The notes below the pieces were generated by a model. The model saw nothing but the letters and a program-made list of their open reading frames with translations, searched no databases and was not told the origin of the DNA. The position numbers and the translations under genes were made by a program. A stretch of DNA of 64,000 bases from a virus. The DNA lies in the IMG/VR virus record IMGVR_UViG_3300031957_002603, positions 67,466 to 131,465 of that record, one strand, 5' to 3'. Below, piece by piece: positions 29,662 through 39,391 of this stretch; position 1 is the stretch's first letter; each line of letters begins with the position of its first letter.

Positions 29662-30097
29662 AGTAAAAATTAAAAACATTTTAAAAGAAGCGGCAAAAAT
29701 GATTTGCCCACCTGCAACTCAGGATCTAAAACTTAATACAACCAATCGTGATGCTGCCATCCAAGCCAAGCATATTCAGTATGGGCCACTTAATGTTAAA
29801 GAGCCCGGTGATTATTGGAAAGACATAGCCGAGTATTGGGATACAACCGAAAAAGCGGCTAAGAAGTCTCTTTGTGGTAATTGTGTTGCCTTTGACATCT
29901 CGCCTCGAATGGAAGAATGTATGCCCGGCCCTGTATCCGATGACGATGGAAAACTTGGATATTGCTGGATGCATCATTTCAAGTGCCATTCTGCACGCTC
30001 TTGTAGAACACATGCCGGTGGTGGCCCAATTGAGAAAGATGATATATCACATGAGTGGCAAGAAAGAAATGAAAAAGCCATGTCAGTTATGAAATGA
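29654..30097 (+). CDS. Cys/His-rich hypothetical protein with basic leader
   Basis: GGAG RBS and GCTATTTA upstream; CGNC...C...YCWMHHFKCHSARSC is a likely metal-binding motif. Confidence 0.6.
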   Translation: MIKVKIKNILKEAAKMICPPATQDLKLNTTNRDAAIQAKHIQYGPLNVKEPGDYWKDIAEYWDTTEKAAKKSLCGNCVAFDISPRMEECMPGPVSDDDGKLGYCWMHHFKCHSARSCRTHAGGGPIEKDDISHEWQERNEKAMSVMK

Positions 30098-30732
30098 GAT
30101 TACATTTAACTAAAAATAAATTCAATATAGATGGATATTGGCGGCTGCCAATCAATGAGACTGATCTCTTGCTTACACAAGAGTCTGTATATTTATTTGA
30201 TCAGAATGGATATCATCTAACGCCAGTTGAAATGGCGTATGCCAATGCTGCAAATTATCCAACAATCCACCGCCGTCATGAATGGATGTTGTGCAAAGAG
30301 TGGATGGTATCAAAAGAAATTAACTGTGGACCTCACATAAACCATTGTCAATTATTAGAAAGGAAGTCATTCGCAGATGAAGCCAAACAGCAAATGCTAT
30401 TCTATGCAACAAGAAACCCGCTTCTTTGGAAACTGATTCGCATGCGACCCAAGTGGGGTATTGATATGAGTATTGACTATGTTGATCAAATTGGCAATGT
30501 GTTTGAGATATTTCATTATGAGTGGGACAACTTCGATTATTATTCTGTTGAGGAAAAGAAAAAAGAAATTGAAAATTTTGCTCTGTCTGTTGATTGGGAA
30601 GATGCCGCTGCCTCTTTATTAAGACATAAAGCCGAATGGGCTGATCTGTCATTCTTTGAACTGTCAAAGTGGAAAACAGACTTCTTCGGCCTGAGTCCGG
30701 AAAAATTTAAAGATATTTGTTGGGAGAAATAA
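30094..30732 (+). CDS. Hypothetical protein
   Basis: 212-aa ORF with ATGA and TAATG overlaps. Confidence 0.6.
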   Translation: MRLHLTKNKFNIDGYWRLPINETDLLLTQESVYLFDQNGYHLTPVEMAYANAANYPTIHRRHEWMLCKEWMVSKEINCGPHINHCQLLERKSFADEAKQQMLFYATRNPLLWKLIRMRPKWGIDMSIDYVDQIGNVFEIFHYEWDNFDYYSVEEKKKEIENFALSVDWEDAAASLLRHKAEWADLSFFELSKWKTDFFGLSPEKFKDICWEK

Positions 30733-31127
30733 TGTCAAAAGATCCAAATTATGCTGTAAAGATCGAACAAGCAATCGCAGCAAAGTACGGTGAAGAAGCA
30801 ATCCAAAATCCAAAGAAGACATGGAACGAGGACAAAGAAAAAGAATACTTCGAGCAATTAAAAGAGTTCTACCGAGAACAGAAACAAGAAGAGGATTTCG
30901 ACAAGAAAGAAGTAAATGGTGTTTTCATACCAAGAAAACTACTTAATAGTGATTCTAATCGTTCCTGTCCTGTTTGTTCTATCTATACGACCAAAGCCCA
31001 AGACGACCTTTATTTCACAAAGTTTGACTGCTGCTTTAAATGCTATATTCAATGGGTTGAGGGCCGAGAAGAAAGATGGAAATCTGGATGGAGACCCAAC
31101 GATGAAACTAACAACAAAGATGATTAA
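30732..31127 (+). CDS. Zn-finger hypothetical protein
   Basis: CPVC...CCFKC motif; ATG 30732 with GGAG RBS. Confidence 0.6.
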   Translation: MSKDPNYAVKIEQAIAAKYGEEAIQNPKKTWNEDKEKEYFEQLKEFYREQKQEEDFDKKEVNGVFIPRKLLNSDSNRSCPVCSIYTTKAQDDLYFTKFDCCFKCYIQWVEGREERWKSGWRPNDETNNKDD

Positions 31128-31401
31128 GCAAATCATTAGAGAAGAGATTGAAGAAGCCGCAAAAGAAGATCAATCTTTATCAATAGATCAGGTTGCACAA
31201 AAACTCGGTGTCCCTAACAAAGATATAAAAAAAGAAGGATTTGAGCACCTCGCCGAACTAACACCAGAACAAATGGCTATGCTTAAAGATGGCTTGATGA
31301 ATCTTATTCAAGTTGCTGGCTCTGCTGGTGGCTTAATGATTATGTTAGATAAAGTTGCCGATGAAATTGGTAAAATGAAAAAAGGCAAAGAAGAGGACTA
31401 A
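31102..31401 (+). CDS. Small protein with MKLTTKMIKQIIREE leader (putative internal head protein)
   Basis: In-frame ATG at 31102 (GGAG upstream) within track ORF 30916; leader shared with 22901 and 37335. Confidence 0.6.
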   Translation: MKLTTKMIKQIIREEIEEAAKEDQSLSIDQVAQKLGVPNKDIKKEGFEHLAELTPEQMAMLKDGLMNLIQVAGSAGGLMIMLDKVADEIGKMKKGKEED

Positions 31402-31404
31402 ACA

Positions 31405-31938
31405 ATGGCTACAACATTAGAAATTATTAGAGGACTTGCTCAAGCAGCCGCTCATGGTTATGATGGCGGATATGATGAGCGCTATTCTCATGATGGCACT
31501 GCACGTAAAGTCGGTCTTAAAAGAGAAGAAGGTGATCCGATTCTTGATCGTCGTGTAATTGATGGATTTGCTGTCCGTTTCCAAGGACCACAAATGATCA
31601 TTACATATCAGTCGGAGATCAAACTTAAAGAAGTATACGCTGGCGGTTTTGAATCTGAAATCGAAAGAAGAATTAACGAAGTTAAAAAGTTTCTCCAAAA
31701 AGAATATAAAGCAATTACTGGCAACTCTGTGACTCTTAGAAAAGCAGATGAGCCAAAAGTTCTCGTTCAATCTGTTTCTCGTGTTCACTCTTGGGTTCAA
31801 GCAACACAAGTATTTAATATTGGCGGTGTCGATGCCGAGGGGATCCGGCAGCCATCCGAGCCATCTGTCCGAGATATCACAAAGAAGTTTTTGGAGCAAG
31901 CCTCAACCAAGAGGCCACAAAATGATACAAGGAAATAA
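31405..31938 (+). CDS. Hypothetical protein upstream of terminase
   Basis: GAGG RBS; TAATG-coupled to terL. Confidence 0.6.
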   Translation: MATTLEIIRGLAQAAAHGYDGGYDERYSHDGTARKVGLKREEGDPILDRRVIDGFAVRFQGPQMIITYQSEIKLKEVYAGGFESEIERRINEVKKFLQKEYKAITGNSVTLRKADEPKVLVQSVSRVHSWVQATQVFNIGGVDAEGIRQPSEPSVRDITKKFLEQASTKRPQNDTRK

Positions 31939-33521
31939 TGGCTTTTGAGTTATCCAAGCAAGAGATTGTAAAAGAAATTGTAAAATCGGGCAAGGACCCG
32001 ATTTACTTTATTAATAACTATTGCCGCATTTCTCACCCACAACGAGGGTTGATCAAGTTTGATACCTTTCCTTATCAAGATGATCTTCTCCAAGATTTCA
32101 ACGATTTTCGTTTCACAGTTATTCTAAAGGCCAGACAGTTAGGGATTTCAACGATCACTGCCGCCTATATTGTCTGGCTTATTAATTTTCATCGAGACAA
32201 GAATGTAATGGTTCTTGCGACCAAGTTTGCAACAGCAGCAAACCTTGTAAAGAAAGTTAAGAATGTAATGAAGAATCTGCCGGATTGGATTCGCATTACA
32301 GACATCTCGATTGATAATAGAACATCCTTTGAACTCTCCAACGGCTCGCAAGTGAAGGCTTCATCCACTTCCGGTGATGCGGGTCGTTCGGAGGCACTCT
32401 CTCTTCTCGTTATTGACGAGGCCGCATTTGTTGACGGGCTTGAAGAACTCTGGACTGCTCTTTATCCTACGCTGTCAACTGGTGGTCGCTGTATTGCTTT
32501 GAGCACCCCCAACGGTGTCGGTAACTGGTTTCACAAAACATATGTCGATGCCGTTGATGGACAGAATGATTTTAAATCAGTTGAACTCCCTTGGCATGTT
32601 CATCCCGAACGAGATCAAGCATGGTTTAAGAACGAGACCAAGAACATGTCTCGTCGTCAAATCGCTCAAGAATTAGAGTGTAATTTTAATTCTTCTGGTG
32701 AGAACGTCTTACAGTCAGAAGACATGGAGTGGATCCACGCATGTATAAAAGATCCTATTTATCGCACTGGATTCGACAGGAATTTCTGGATTTGGGAAAA
32801 GTATCAAGAGAACTCCAAGTACTTACTTGTTGCTGATGTTGCAAGAGGGGATGGCGCGGACTATTCCGTGTTTCATGTTATCAATCTAAACACAATGGAA
32901 GTCGCAGCCGAATACCAAGGTAAGCCTTCATTAGACCATTATGCAGATATTCTTTACGATGCCGGACGAGAATATGGCAATTGCTTGCTAGTTGTCGAGA
33001 ACAATGGTATTGGTATCTCGGTTTTAGAAAAACTTATAAACAAAGATTATCCAAATCTTTATTATTCTGTCAAGGGTTCACACGAATATGTGGAGCAACA
33101 TAAGGCAGAATATATGTCAAATTCTGTGCCGGGTTTCACGAACTCTTCAAAAACAAGGCCACTTATTGTGGCAAAAATGGAAGAGTACATGAGAAACAGA
33201 CTAATTACTGTTAGATCTTCTCGTCTTTTTCATGAATTTAAAACTTTTGTCTGGCACAATGGGAGACCACAAGCAATGCGCTCTTACCACGATGATTTGG
33301 TTATGTCATTATCTATTGCTTGTTGGGTTAGAGATACAGCCCTCGAGATTGACAAAAGAGATGTAGCATATAAGAAAGCCATGGTGAATGGCATGTATAT
33401 GAACTCAACCAAGATGAACACTACCATCAAAGGTCAAGACGGATACTCACAATCGTTCGAAGAAAAGTATCGAGAAGAAATAAAGAATGCAAAAGATTTC
33501 GTTTGGATCTTTAGAGGATAG
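31938..33521 (+). CDS. terL: Terminase large subunit (T4 gp17-like)
   Basis: Walker A KARQLGIST, Walker B LLVIDEAAF, STPNG, QELECNF, nuclease ADVARGDGADYS and HDDLVMS. Confidence 0.95.
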   Translation: MAFELSKQEIVKEIVKSGKDPIYFINNYCRISHPQRGLIKFDTFPYQDDLLQDFNDFRFTVILKARQLGISTITAAYIVWLINFHRDKNVMVLATKFATAANLVKKVKNVMKNLPDWIRITDISIDNRTSFELSNGSQVKASSTSGDAGRSEALSLLVIDEAAFVDGLEELWTALYPTLSTGGRCIALSTPNGVGNWFHKTYVDAVDGQNDFKSVELPWHVHPERDQAWFKNETKNMSRRQIAQELECNFNSSGENVLQSEDMEWIHACIKDPIYRTGFDRNFWIWEKYQENSKYLLVADVARGDGADYSVFHVINLNTMEVAAEYQGKPSLDHYADILYDAGREYGNCLLVVENNGIGISVLEKLINKDYPNLYYSVKGSHEYVEQHKAEYMSNSVPGFTNSSKTRPLIVAKMEEYMRNRLITVRSSRLFHEFKTFVWHNGRPQAMRSYHDDLVMSLSIACWVRDTALEIDKRDVAYKKAMVNGMYMNSTKMNTTIKGQDGYSQSFEEKYREEIKNAKDFVWIFRG

Positions 33522-33525
33522 AATT

Positions 33526-35490
33526 ATGGCTCCACGCAATAAAATTAGAAGAAAAGGCAAAAACCCGAATAACGAAGAAAGTGAACTGTTTAAGTCGCTA
33601 ACTCGCTTATTCTCGGGCCCAATTACCACAAGAAGAACACAGACAGGACGACAACTACGGCGTAGACATCTAGACATGTATGCGAAAAAGTTTCGATCTG
33701 CTTCTGGTAAGCAGTTCAAGAAAGTTGAAAGTTATGCTCCAATGTCTAAACTCAACTCTGCTATGTTTGCAAATCGTAATCGCGCAGAGAGATATGTAGA
33801 TTTTGATGAAATGGAGTACACACCAGAAATTGCTTCTTCTTTGGATATCTATGCTGACGAGATGACTACGCATTCGGCCCTCCAGCCAATGCTTAATATT
33901 AAGTGCTCAAATGAAGAAATCTCTTATCTTCTTCAAAATCTGTATCACAAGATCCTAAATATTAATTACAATCTTTTTGGATGGTGTCGTACAATGTGCA
34001 AGTACGGAGATCTTTTTCTTTACCTAGATATCGATGATCAAGCCGGTATTCAAAATTGTATTGGTCTACCTCCGCAAGAAATTGAAAGGCTTGAAGGCGA
34101 AGACCCAATGAATCCAAACTATGTGCAGTTTCAGTGGAACTCTGGCGGTATGACCTTCGAAAACTGGCAGGTCGCTCACTTCCGTATCCTCGGCAATGAT
34201 AAGTTCGCTCCATATGGAACATCTGTACTCGAGCCTGCTCGTCGTATTTGGCGACAACTTACAATGCTTGAGGACGCAATGATGGCTTACCGTATCGTCC
34301 GAGCACCCGAAAGAAGACTTTTTAAAATTGATGTTGGAAACATTGCTCCGGAAGATGTAGAACAATACATGCAGAAGGTTATGACTCAAATGAAGCGTCA
34401 TCAAGTTGTAGACCCAACCACCGGCCGTGTTGATCTTCGTTACAATCCTCTTTCAATCGAGGAAGATTATTTTATTCCTGTTCGTGGCGGATCATCATCT
34501 GATATCTCAAACCTGCCCGGTTCTTCATATAATGGCGGAATTGATGATGTTAAGTATCTCAGAGACAAATTATTCTCTGCTCTCAAGATTCCACAATCAT
34601 ATCTGTCTATGGGTGAAGGAGCAACCGAAGACAAAACAACTCTTGCCCAGAAAGACATCCGCTTTGCTAGAACCATTCAAAGACTTCAACGAGTCGTCAT
34701 TTCGGAGTTAGAAAAAATTGGTATCATCCACTTATTTACTCTTGGCTTTCGTGGAGATGATTTGCTCTCCTTCAAATTGGCCCTCAATAATCCATCAAAG
34801 ATCGCAGAACTTCAAGAACTTGAACACTGGGATAAGAAGTTTGCTGTTGCCTCAAATGCAACGGAAGGCTTTTTCTCTAAGCGCTGGATTGCTGAACATA
34901 TGTTTGGTATGTCTGCTGACGAGTTTATTCGTTGTCAGAGAGAGATGTTCCATGATCGTAAGTTTGGCGCTGCACTTGAAGCCGCTGCTCAACCAGATGA
35001 AGCAGCAGCAGGTGGTGATGCCGGAGGTGGTCTTGGGGATCTGGGTGCTGATCTCGGCGGTGATGATCTTGGGGGCGACTTGGGTGGTGATGACGACCTT
35101 GGCGACCTTGGCGGAGATACACCAGAGCCAGCAGCGGAGCCGGCAGGTGACGCAGGAGAAACGACGCTATTGGCAGAACCACCCGCCAAGCGTGACGACG
35201 ATGCGAGGCCACGAGGCCGATATGAAATGAAGAAAAAACCTCGCAAAGCAAGACGAGGACAGCAAATGTCTAACGTTGCTACAGGCGGCGAAATTCGTGG
35301 CTCAACAGCCAGAACAACATTTCCCGGTAAGTCAGGATATGGCGGCCTTGATACATTGGCTAAAGGCATGTTCCAAGAAAACCAAGAAAATGAGAACTTG
35401 GAAGAAGAGAAACTATTTACTCTAAGCAATGATGTAAAGCATTTGCTTGAAAGTTTAGTAAAGAAGGAAGATAAGCATGAAGCACAATAA
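33526..35490 (+). CDS. gp20: Portal protein (T4 gp20-like) with acidic Gly-rich C-terminal extension
   Basis: LEDAMMAYRIVRAPERRLFKIDVGN, EEDYFIPVRG, LPG...IDDVKY. Likely ATG 33526 with GAGG RBS. Confidence 0.93.
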   Translation: MAPRNKIRRKGKNPNNEESELFKSLTRLFSGPITTRRTQTGRQLRRRHLDMYAKKFRSASGKQFKKVESYAPMSKLNSAMFANRNRAERYVDFDEMEYTPEIASSLDIYADEMTTHSALQPMLNIKCSNEEISYLLQNLYHKILNINYNLFGWCRTMCKYGDLFLYLDIDDQAGIQNCIGLPPQEIERLEGEDPMNPNYVQFQWNSGGMTFENWQVAHFRILGNDKFAPYGTSVLEPARRIWRQLTMLEDAMMAYRIVRAPERRLFKIDVGNIAPEDVEQYMQKVMTQMKRHQVVDPTTGRVDLRYNPLSIEEDYFIPVRGGSSSDISNLPGSSYNGGIDDVKYLRDKLFSALKIPQSYLSMGEGATEDKTTLAQKDIRFARTIQRLQRVVISELEKIGIIHLFTLGFRGDDLLSFKLALNNPSKIAELQELEHWDKKFAVASNATEGFFSKRWIAEHMFGMSADEFIRCQREMFHDRKFGAALEAAAQPDEAAAGGDAGGGLGDLGADLGGDDLGGDLGGDDDLGDLGGDTPEPAAEPAGDAGETTLLAEPPAKRDDDARPRGRYEMKKKPRKARRGQQMSNVATGGEIRGSTARTTFPGKSGYGGLDTLAKGMFQENQENENLEEEKLFTLSNDVKHLLESLVKKEDKHEAQ

Positions 35491-36280
35491 GAAAAGAAAC
35501 ACCGCTTTTCTTTACGAATGCTTAGTGAAAGAACTAACAAAAGCAATCGTTCGTAATGATAATGATCTCAAAACAAAGATTACCAAGGTTATAAAAGAAA
35601 ATTTTAACAAAGGAACAATTCTTAAAAAAGAACTCGAGATATATAATTCTCTTCTAGAAGGAACGGGACAAAGCGAATATTCTAAAGCACTTCGTGTGAT
35701 TTATGAAATTAAACGAGATTACGATAACCTTGACCGCAAAGCAGTGTTTAACGCTCAAACTAAACTTATCAAGCAAATCAATGAATCTTTTAATCCAGCA
35801 ATTTGGAATAACTTTATTGGCAATTACAAGAATATGGCCACAGCAGATATCTTCTTCAAGCAAGAGAAATTACCAGCAAAGAAGCGTTTACTTATTGAAC
35901 AAAGAGTTGTGGAATTTAGAAGAGACATACTTGTCGAGTCCAACATGAAGCACATCGATAATTTAACATACAAAACCTTCGTCAATAAATTTAACGACAC
36001 CTATGCAGAATCTCTTCGCAAAGAGCAAAGAGAACTTTTGACAAACTTTATTATTTCGTTCTCGGACAATGGGCTCGGACTTAAATCATTTATCAATGAA
36101 GAGATCCATCGTCTCAGAACTTCCCTCCAAACCTTGAACGAAGGTGCTTATGCTCAGAATGCCTCAAAAGTTGTGGATAAACTCAATAGTTTTAAAGAAA
36201 GAAGGCTAGACGAACAAATGCTTAGGGACCTGTTTTACATTCAAGATTTAGTGCATGAGGTAACAGAAAATGGCAATTAA
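35477..36280 (+). CDS. Hypothetical protein downstream of portal (head assembly region)
   Basis: 267-aa helical ORF starting MKHNKKRNTAFLYE; ACTATTTA at 35412. Confidence 0.6.
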   Translation: MKHNKKRNTAFLYECLVKELTKAIVRNDNDLKTKITKVIKENFNKGTILKKELEIYNSLLEGTGQSEYSKALRVIYEIKRDYDNLDRKAVFNAQTKLIKQINESFNPAIWNNFIGNYKNMATADIFFKQEKLPAKKRLLIEQRVVEFRRDILVESNMKHIDNLTYKTFVNKFNDTYAESLRKEQRELLTNFIISFSDNGLGLKSFINEEIHRLRTSLQTLNEGAYAQNASKVVDKLNSFKERRLDEQMLRDLFYIQDLVHEVTENGN

Positions 36281-36887
36281 CGTTACAATTGCAGGTACCC
36301 CTGAAGGTCCACCTGAAGATGTTGGTGTTGATGTCAATGTAGCAGATCCGCCAAAGGTTAAAGTTACAATCCCCGACCCTAATCTTTACGAAGTAAAATT
36401 TAAGTTAAATATTCGTGAGGCTCACAATGGTGACCTTATGATTTTCGATCATCCGGACATTGACATTGTGGTTATGGTCGAGAAGAAAAAGATTGTCACT
36501 TTTGCAAAAGATTTGGCAACTGACATTGTATATGGAACTTCTTCCCGTCTCATGGAGCGCCTTCGAACCAAAGGCGTTATTGCATACGAGACAATTCAAG
36601 GCGGCAATGTTTATGGATCTCTTGAAGGCCAATTGCTTGAGATGAAGAATCCAGAGATGAAAGATAAAATGTTTCCTCTTATTCTTAATCAGATTTCTGA
36701 GTGGATTGAGAGCGAGAGACCATACTTTGAAACTGTTCATGAATACGAGCAGATGTATGATGATTCTCTAACACATCCGGACAAAGAAGATTCAACCGAA
36801 TTAGGCAAGGTGCCACAAGATGCAAAGAAAGGATCTATTGAACCTTACATTTTTGGTGCTTATCCTTATGGCGGATATTATTATTAG
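36270..36887 (+). CDS. Hypothetical protein
   Basis: GAGG RBS, 205 aa. Confidence 0.6.
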   Translation: MAINVTIAGTPEGPPEDVGVDVNVADPPKVKVTIPDPNLYEVKFKLNIREAHNGDLMIFDHPDIDIVVMVEKKKIVTFAKDLATDIVYGTSSRLMERLRTKGVIAYETIQGGNVYGSLEGQLLEMKNPEMKDKMFPLILNQISEWIESERPYFETVHEYEQMYDDSLTHPDKEDSTELGKVPQDAKKGSIEPYIFGAYPYGGYYY

Positions 36888-36895
36888 AGGTAAAA

Positions 36896-37240
36896 ATGAA
36901 CGTAAATTTTTTAGAATTTGATGCTGGCTGGCTGTGGTTTATATTGGCCGCATATGGACTGACTCAAATCCTTGTCTATGGTTCAATCTTCGATCAAATT
37001 CGTCCTGCGAAGGATGCTTATCGTGGATGGGGTAAAGTTTGGCATTGTCCCATGTGTATGGGATTTTGGGTTGGAGCCCTTTTATTTACTCTAAATGGCT
37101 TTACAGAACTATTTACATTTGATTATACATTCGCAAACTTTTTGATTTGTGGGTGGATGGCATCAGGCACATCATATTTTTTAAGTATGCTTGTAAACGA
37201 TGATGGGATTAAGATTAACCAAGGAGCAAAAAATGAATAA
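36896..37240 (+). CDS. DUF1360-like membrane protein with CxxC
   Basis: LAAYGLTQILVYGSIFDQIR...WHCPMCMGFWVG followed by TM helices. Confidence 0.65.
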   Translation: MNVNFLEFDAGWLWFILAAYGLTQILVYGSIFDQIRPAKDAYRGWGKVWHCPMCMGFWVGALLFTLNGFTELFTFDYTFANFLICGWMASGTSYFLSMLVNDDGIKINQGAKNE

Positions 37241-37286
37241 GAAATGGATGTTACAACCAGTTCGTCGCTGTTGCAGCGGATCTTAA
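37233..37286 (+). CDS. 17-aa Cys-Cys peptide MNKKWMLQPVRRCCSGS
   Basis: AAGGAG at 37221-26 lies 6 nt before the ATG; overlaps the stop of the DUF1360-like gene; a terminator follows immediately. Confidence 0.55.
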   Translation: MNKKWMLQPVRRCCSGS

Positions 37287-37291
37287 CTCGG

Positions 37292-37310
37292 GCGGGTCGC
37301 GCCCGCTTTT
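37292..37310 (+). terminator. Intrinsic terminator
   Basis: GCGGG-TCGCG-CCCGC then TTTT. Confidence 0.55.
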
Positions 37311-37334
37311 AAATTTTATTATGAGGATGTAGTG

Positions 37335-37697
37335 ATGAAACTTACAACTACTAAATTAAAACAAATCATTAAAGAAGAATTAAGGAAGATTACTGAAGCA
37401 AGGTATCTCTCTGATCTCAAAGGTAAACCTAGGGATGATGATGAGGATCCCGATTATGGTGATACCATTCCCGGTCTGGGCTATGGTAAAGCACCACAGG
37501 ATGCCCTTGAGCCAAAGCATCCACAAGGGATCACCGATACAGATCGACAATTTATGGAAGATATAATCTTGCGAATGACTCCTGATGAACTCGCAGGCCT
37601 TATGAGCAAGTTGGATGATGAGACAAAAAAAGTTTTAAGAAGAGATTTCCTAGGACAATCAGGCGGCATTCCTGATCCTTACGACCTTGAGCGATAA
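37335..37697 (+). CDS. Small protein with MKLTTTKLKQIIKEE leader (putative internal head protein)
   Basis: GAGG RBS; leader nearly identical at DNA level to 22901; directly precedes the prohead protease. Confidence 0.6.
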   Translation: MKLTTTKLKQIIKEELRKITEARYLSDLKGKPRDDDEDPDYGDTIPGLGYGKAPQDALEPKHPQGITDTDRQFMEDIILRMTPDELAGLMSKLDDETKKVLRRDFLGQSGGIPDPYDLER

Positions 37698-37698
37698 A

Positions 37699-38307
37699 AT
37701 GTCTAAACAACTTTTACAAGAATTTTACGAACTATGTCCCAATGGGATGTGCCCCGATCTCTTGACTGAACGAGAGAAGCGGGAGATCTCTAATGGTGCT
37801 ATGTATCTTACCGGACGTATCCAAACCGCCGACAAGCAAAACGGAAATGGCCGTGTCTATCCTTATGATGTTTTGAGTCGAGAACTTAAGAATTATAAAA
37901 AGGTCGTTGATGATAATCGTGCTTGTGGCGAACTTGACCACCCAGATGATTCTGTTGTGAATCTTAAAAATGTTTCTCACATTGTTACAGATGTATGGTG
38001 GGAAGGCAAGGATGTGATGGGAAAAATCAAAGTTCTTGATACTCCATCCGGAAGAACATTAAAAGAACTAATTAATGCCGGAGTGAAGTTAGGCATTTCC
38101 TCAAGAGGCCTTGGCTCTGTTCGCGAGAGCATGGGCAAGACTGTCGTCGAAAATGATTTTCAATTGATCTGCTTCGACATTGTTTCCGAGCCATCGACTC
38201 CGAATGCTTTCGTTTATCCAAAGGATTACAATAAGAATCCAATTAGGATGCGAGAACACAAAGAAAATAAAATTGACAATCTTTTCGACAAGATTCTGAG
38301 GGATTAA
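37699..38307 (+). CDS. gp21: Prohead core protease (T4 gp21-like)
   Basis: NGNGRVY, GELDHP, VSH, TPSG, GISSRGLGS and FDIVSEPST motifs. Confidence 0.93.
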   Translation: MSKQLLQEFYELCPNGMCPDLLTEREKREISNGAMYLTGRIQTADKQNGNGRVYPYDVLSRELKNYKKVVDDNRACGELDHPDDSVVNLKNVSHIVTDVWWEGKDVMGKIKVLDTPSGRTLKELINAGVKLGISSRGLGSVRESMGKTVVENDFQLICFDIVSEPSTPNAFVYPKDYNKNPIRMREHKENKIDNLFDKILRD

Positions 38308-38729
38308 TGAACAAAAACGAATTAAAAAAAGTATTGAAGCCGCTGATTAAAGAGTGCATCAAAGAAGTTATGTTTGAAGATGGGACTCTTTCTTCTATTA
38401 TCGCTGAGGTTATGAAGGGCACACAACAAGCCCCCGCTCAACCAATTATAGAACAGCGACAATATCAACAGCCACAGACTCGCTTGGAAACCGATGAGGA
38501 AGCCAAAGCACGACTTGCGGCAAAAAGAAAAACATTGATGGACTCCATTGGTACCAGTGCCTATAACGGAGTCAATCTTTTTGAAGGAACAACTCCTGCT
38601 CCTGCTCAAAGTAATGGTCAAGGCCAAGGTGCCCTAGATGGAGTTGCTCCAAACGATCCCGGTGTGGATATTTCAAAATTAATGAACAAAACATCTGCCA
38701 TTTGGCAAAAAATGAATGAGAAAAAGTAA
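38307..38729 (+). CDS. Hypothetical head-region protein with LKKVLKPLIKECIKE leader
   Basis: TAATG-coupled; the leader resembles the IKEE family. Confidence 0.6.
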   Translation: MNKNELKKVLKPLIKECIKEVMFEDGTLSSIIAEVMKGTQQAPAQPIIEQRQYQQPQTRLETDEEAKARLAAKRKTLMDSIGTSAYNGVNLFEGTTPAPAQSNGQGQGALDGVAPNDPGVDISKLMNKTSAIWQKMNEKK

Positions 38730-38935
38730 TGGGACACAACTACGAATATAAGATTAAAAAAGGCGAATCAGTTGAGAGAGCCGTAAAGAAGTTTTCAAGA
38801 AAATGTAAAAAACTTGGAATCATCCAAGAGTGCCGTGATAGAAGACATTATATGAAGCCATCTGTTAAAAGACGATTAGCCAAGAAAAGAGCAATCGCAA
38901 GACACAGAAAGGAAATGGCGAAACGACGCCGTTAA
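38729..38935 (+). CDS. rpsU: Ribosomal protein bS21
   Basis: KKGESVERAVKKFSRKCKKLGIIQECRDRRHYMKPSVKRR matches the bS21 pattern (E.ALRRFKR....G...E.R.R..Y.KPS). Confidence 0.9.
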   Translation: MGHNYEYKIKKGESVERAVKKFSRKCKKLGIIQECRDRRHYMKPSVKRRLAKKRAIARHRKEMAKRRR

Positions 38936-38943
38936 ACTATTTA
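38936..38943 (+). promoter_or_regulatory. Putative late promoter ACTATTTA
   Basis: 27 nt before ATG 38963. Confidence 0.65.
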
Positions 38944-38962
38944 ATACGATAGGAGATTAGAG

Positions 38963-39391
38963 ATGTCATCAAGTTTTATATATTCGGTTGGTCTGAATAA
39001 CGTTGGTTCATATCAAGCATCTGGTGCGCCTTTTGTTACATCGTCTGCAATACCGGCATCCGGAACTGTTTTTCACAAAATTGAGTTTCCATATGTAACT
39101 AAAGAAATTACAATTCTTAATCATGCGCCAACTGCAAAACCAATTAGGCTTAGTTTTTCTGAAAGAGGCATGAGAGATGACGTTAAAAATTACATTCTCA
39201 TTGGATCATCAATCGATGGTGGACCAACAACTCTTAATGTAAAGGCGAGTGCTCTTTATCTTATGAGTGATGATAGTACTGCTACATATGAAGTTTCTGT
39301 TTATGCATCTTTAACAAATATTAATATTGGTAGAGTTGAGGCCGCTTCTCCGTCTGGCTCTAACTGGTCTGGTTCAATCGGAGTAGGCTAA
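38963..39391 (+). CDS. Small virion structural protein (beta-rich)
   Basis: AGGAG RBS, ACTATTTA upstream; GLNNVGSYQASGAPF and IEFPYVTK. Confidence 0.55.
   Translation: MSSSFIYSVGLNNVGSYQASGAPFVTSSAIPASGTVFHKIEFPYVTKEITILNHAPTAKPIRLSFSERGMRDDVKNYILIGSSIDGGPTTLNVKASALYLMSDDSTATYEVSVYASLTNINIGRVEAASPSGSNWSGSIGVG

Noticed and set aside
31938-35490. Inteins, introns or homing endonucleases in terminase or portal
   Set aside because: Motif spacing is normal and there are no intein termini or HNH/LAGLIDADG motifs.
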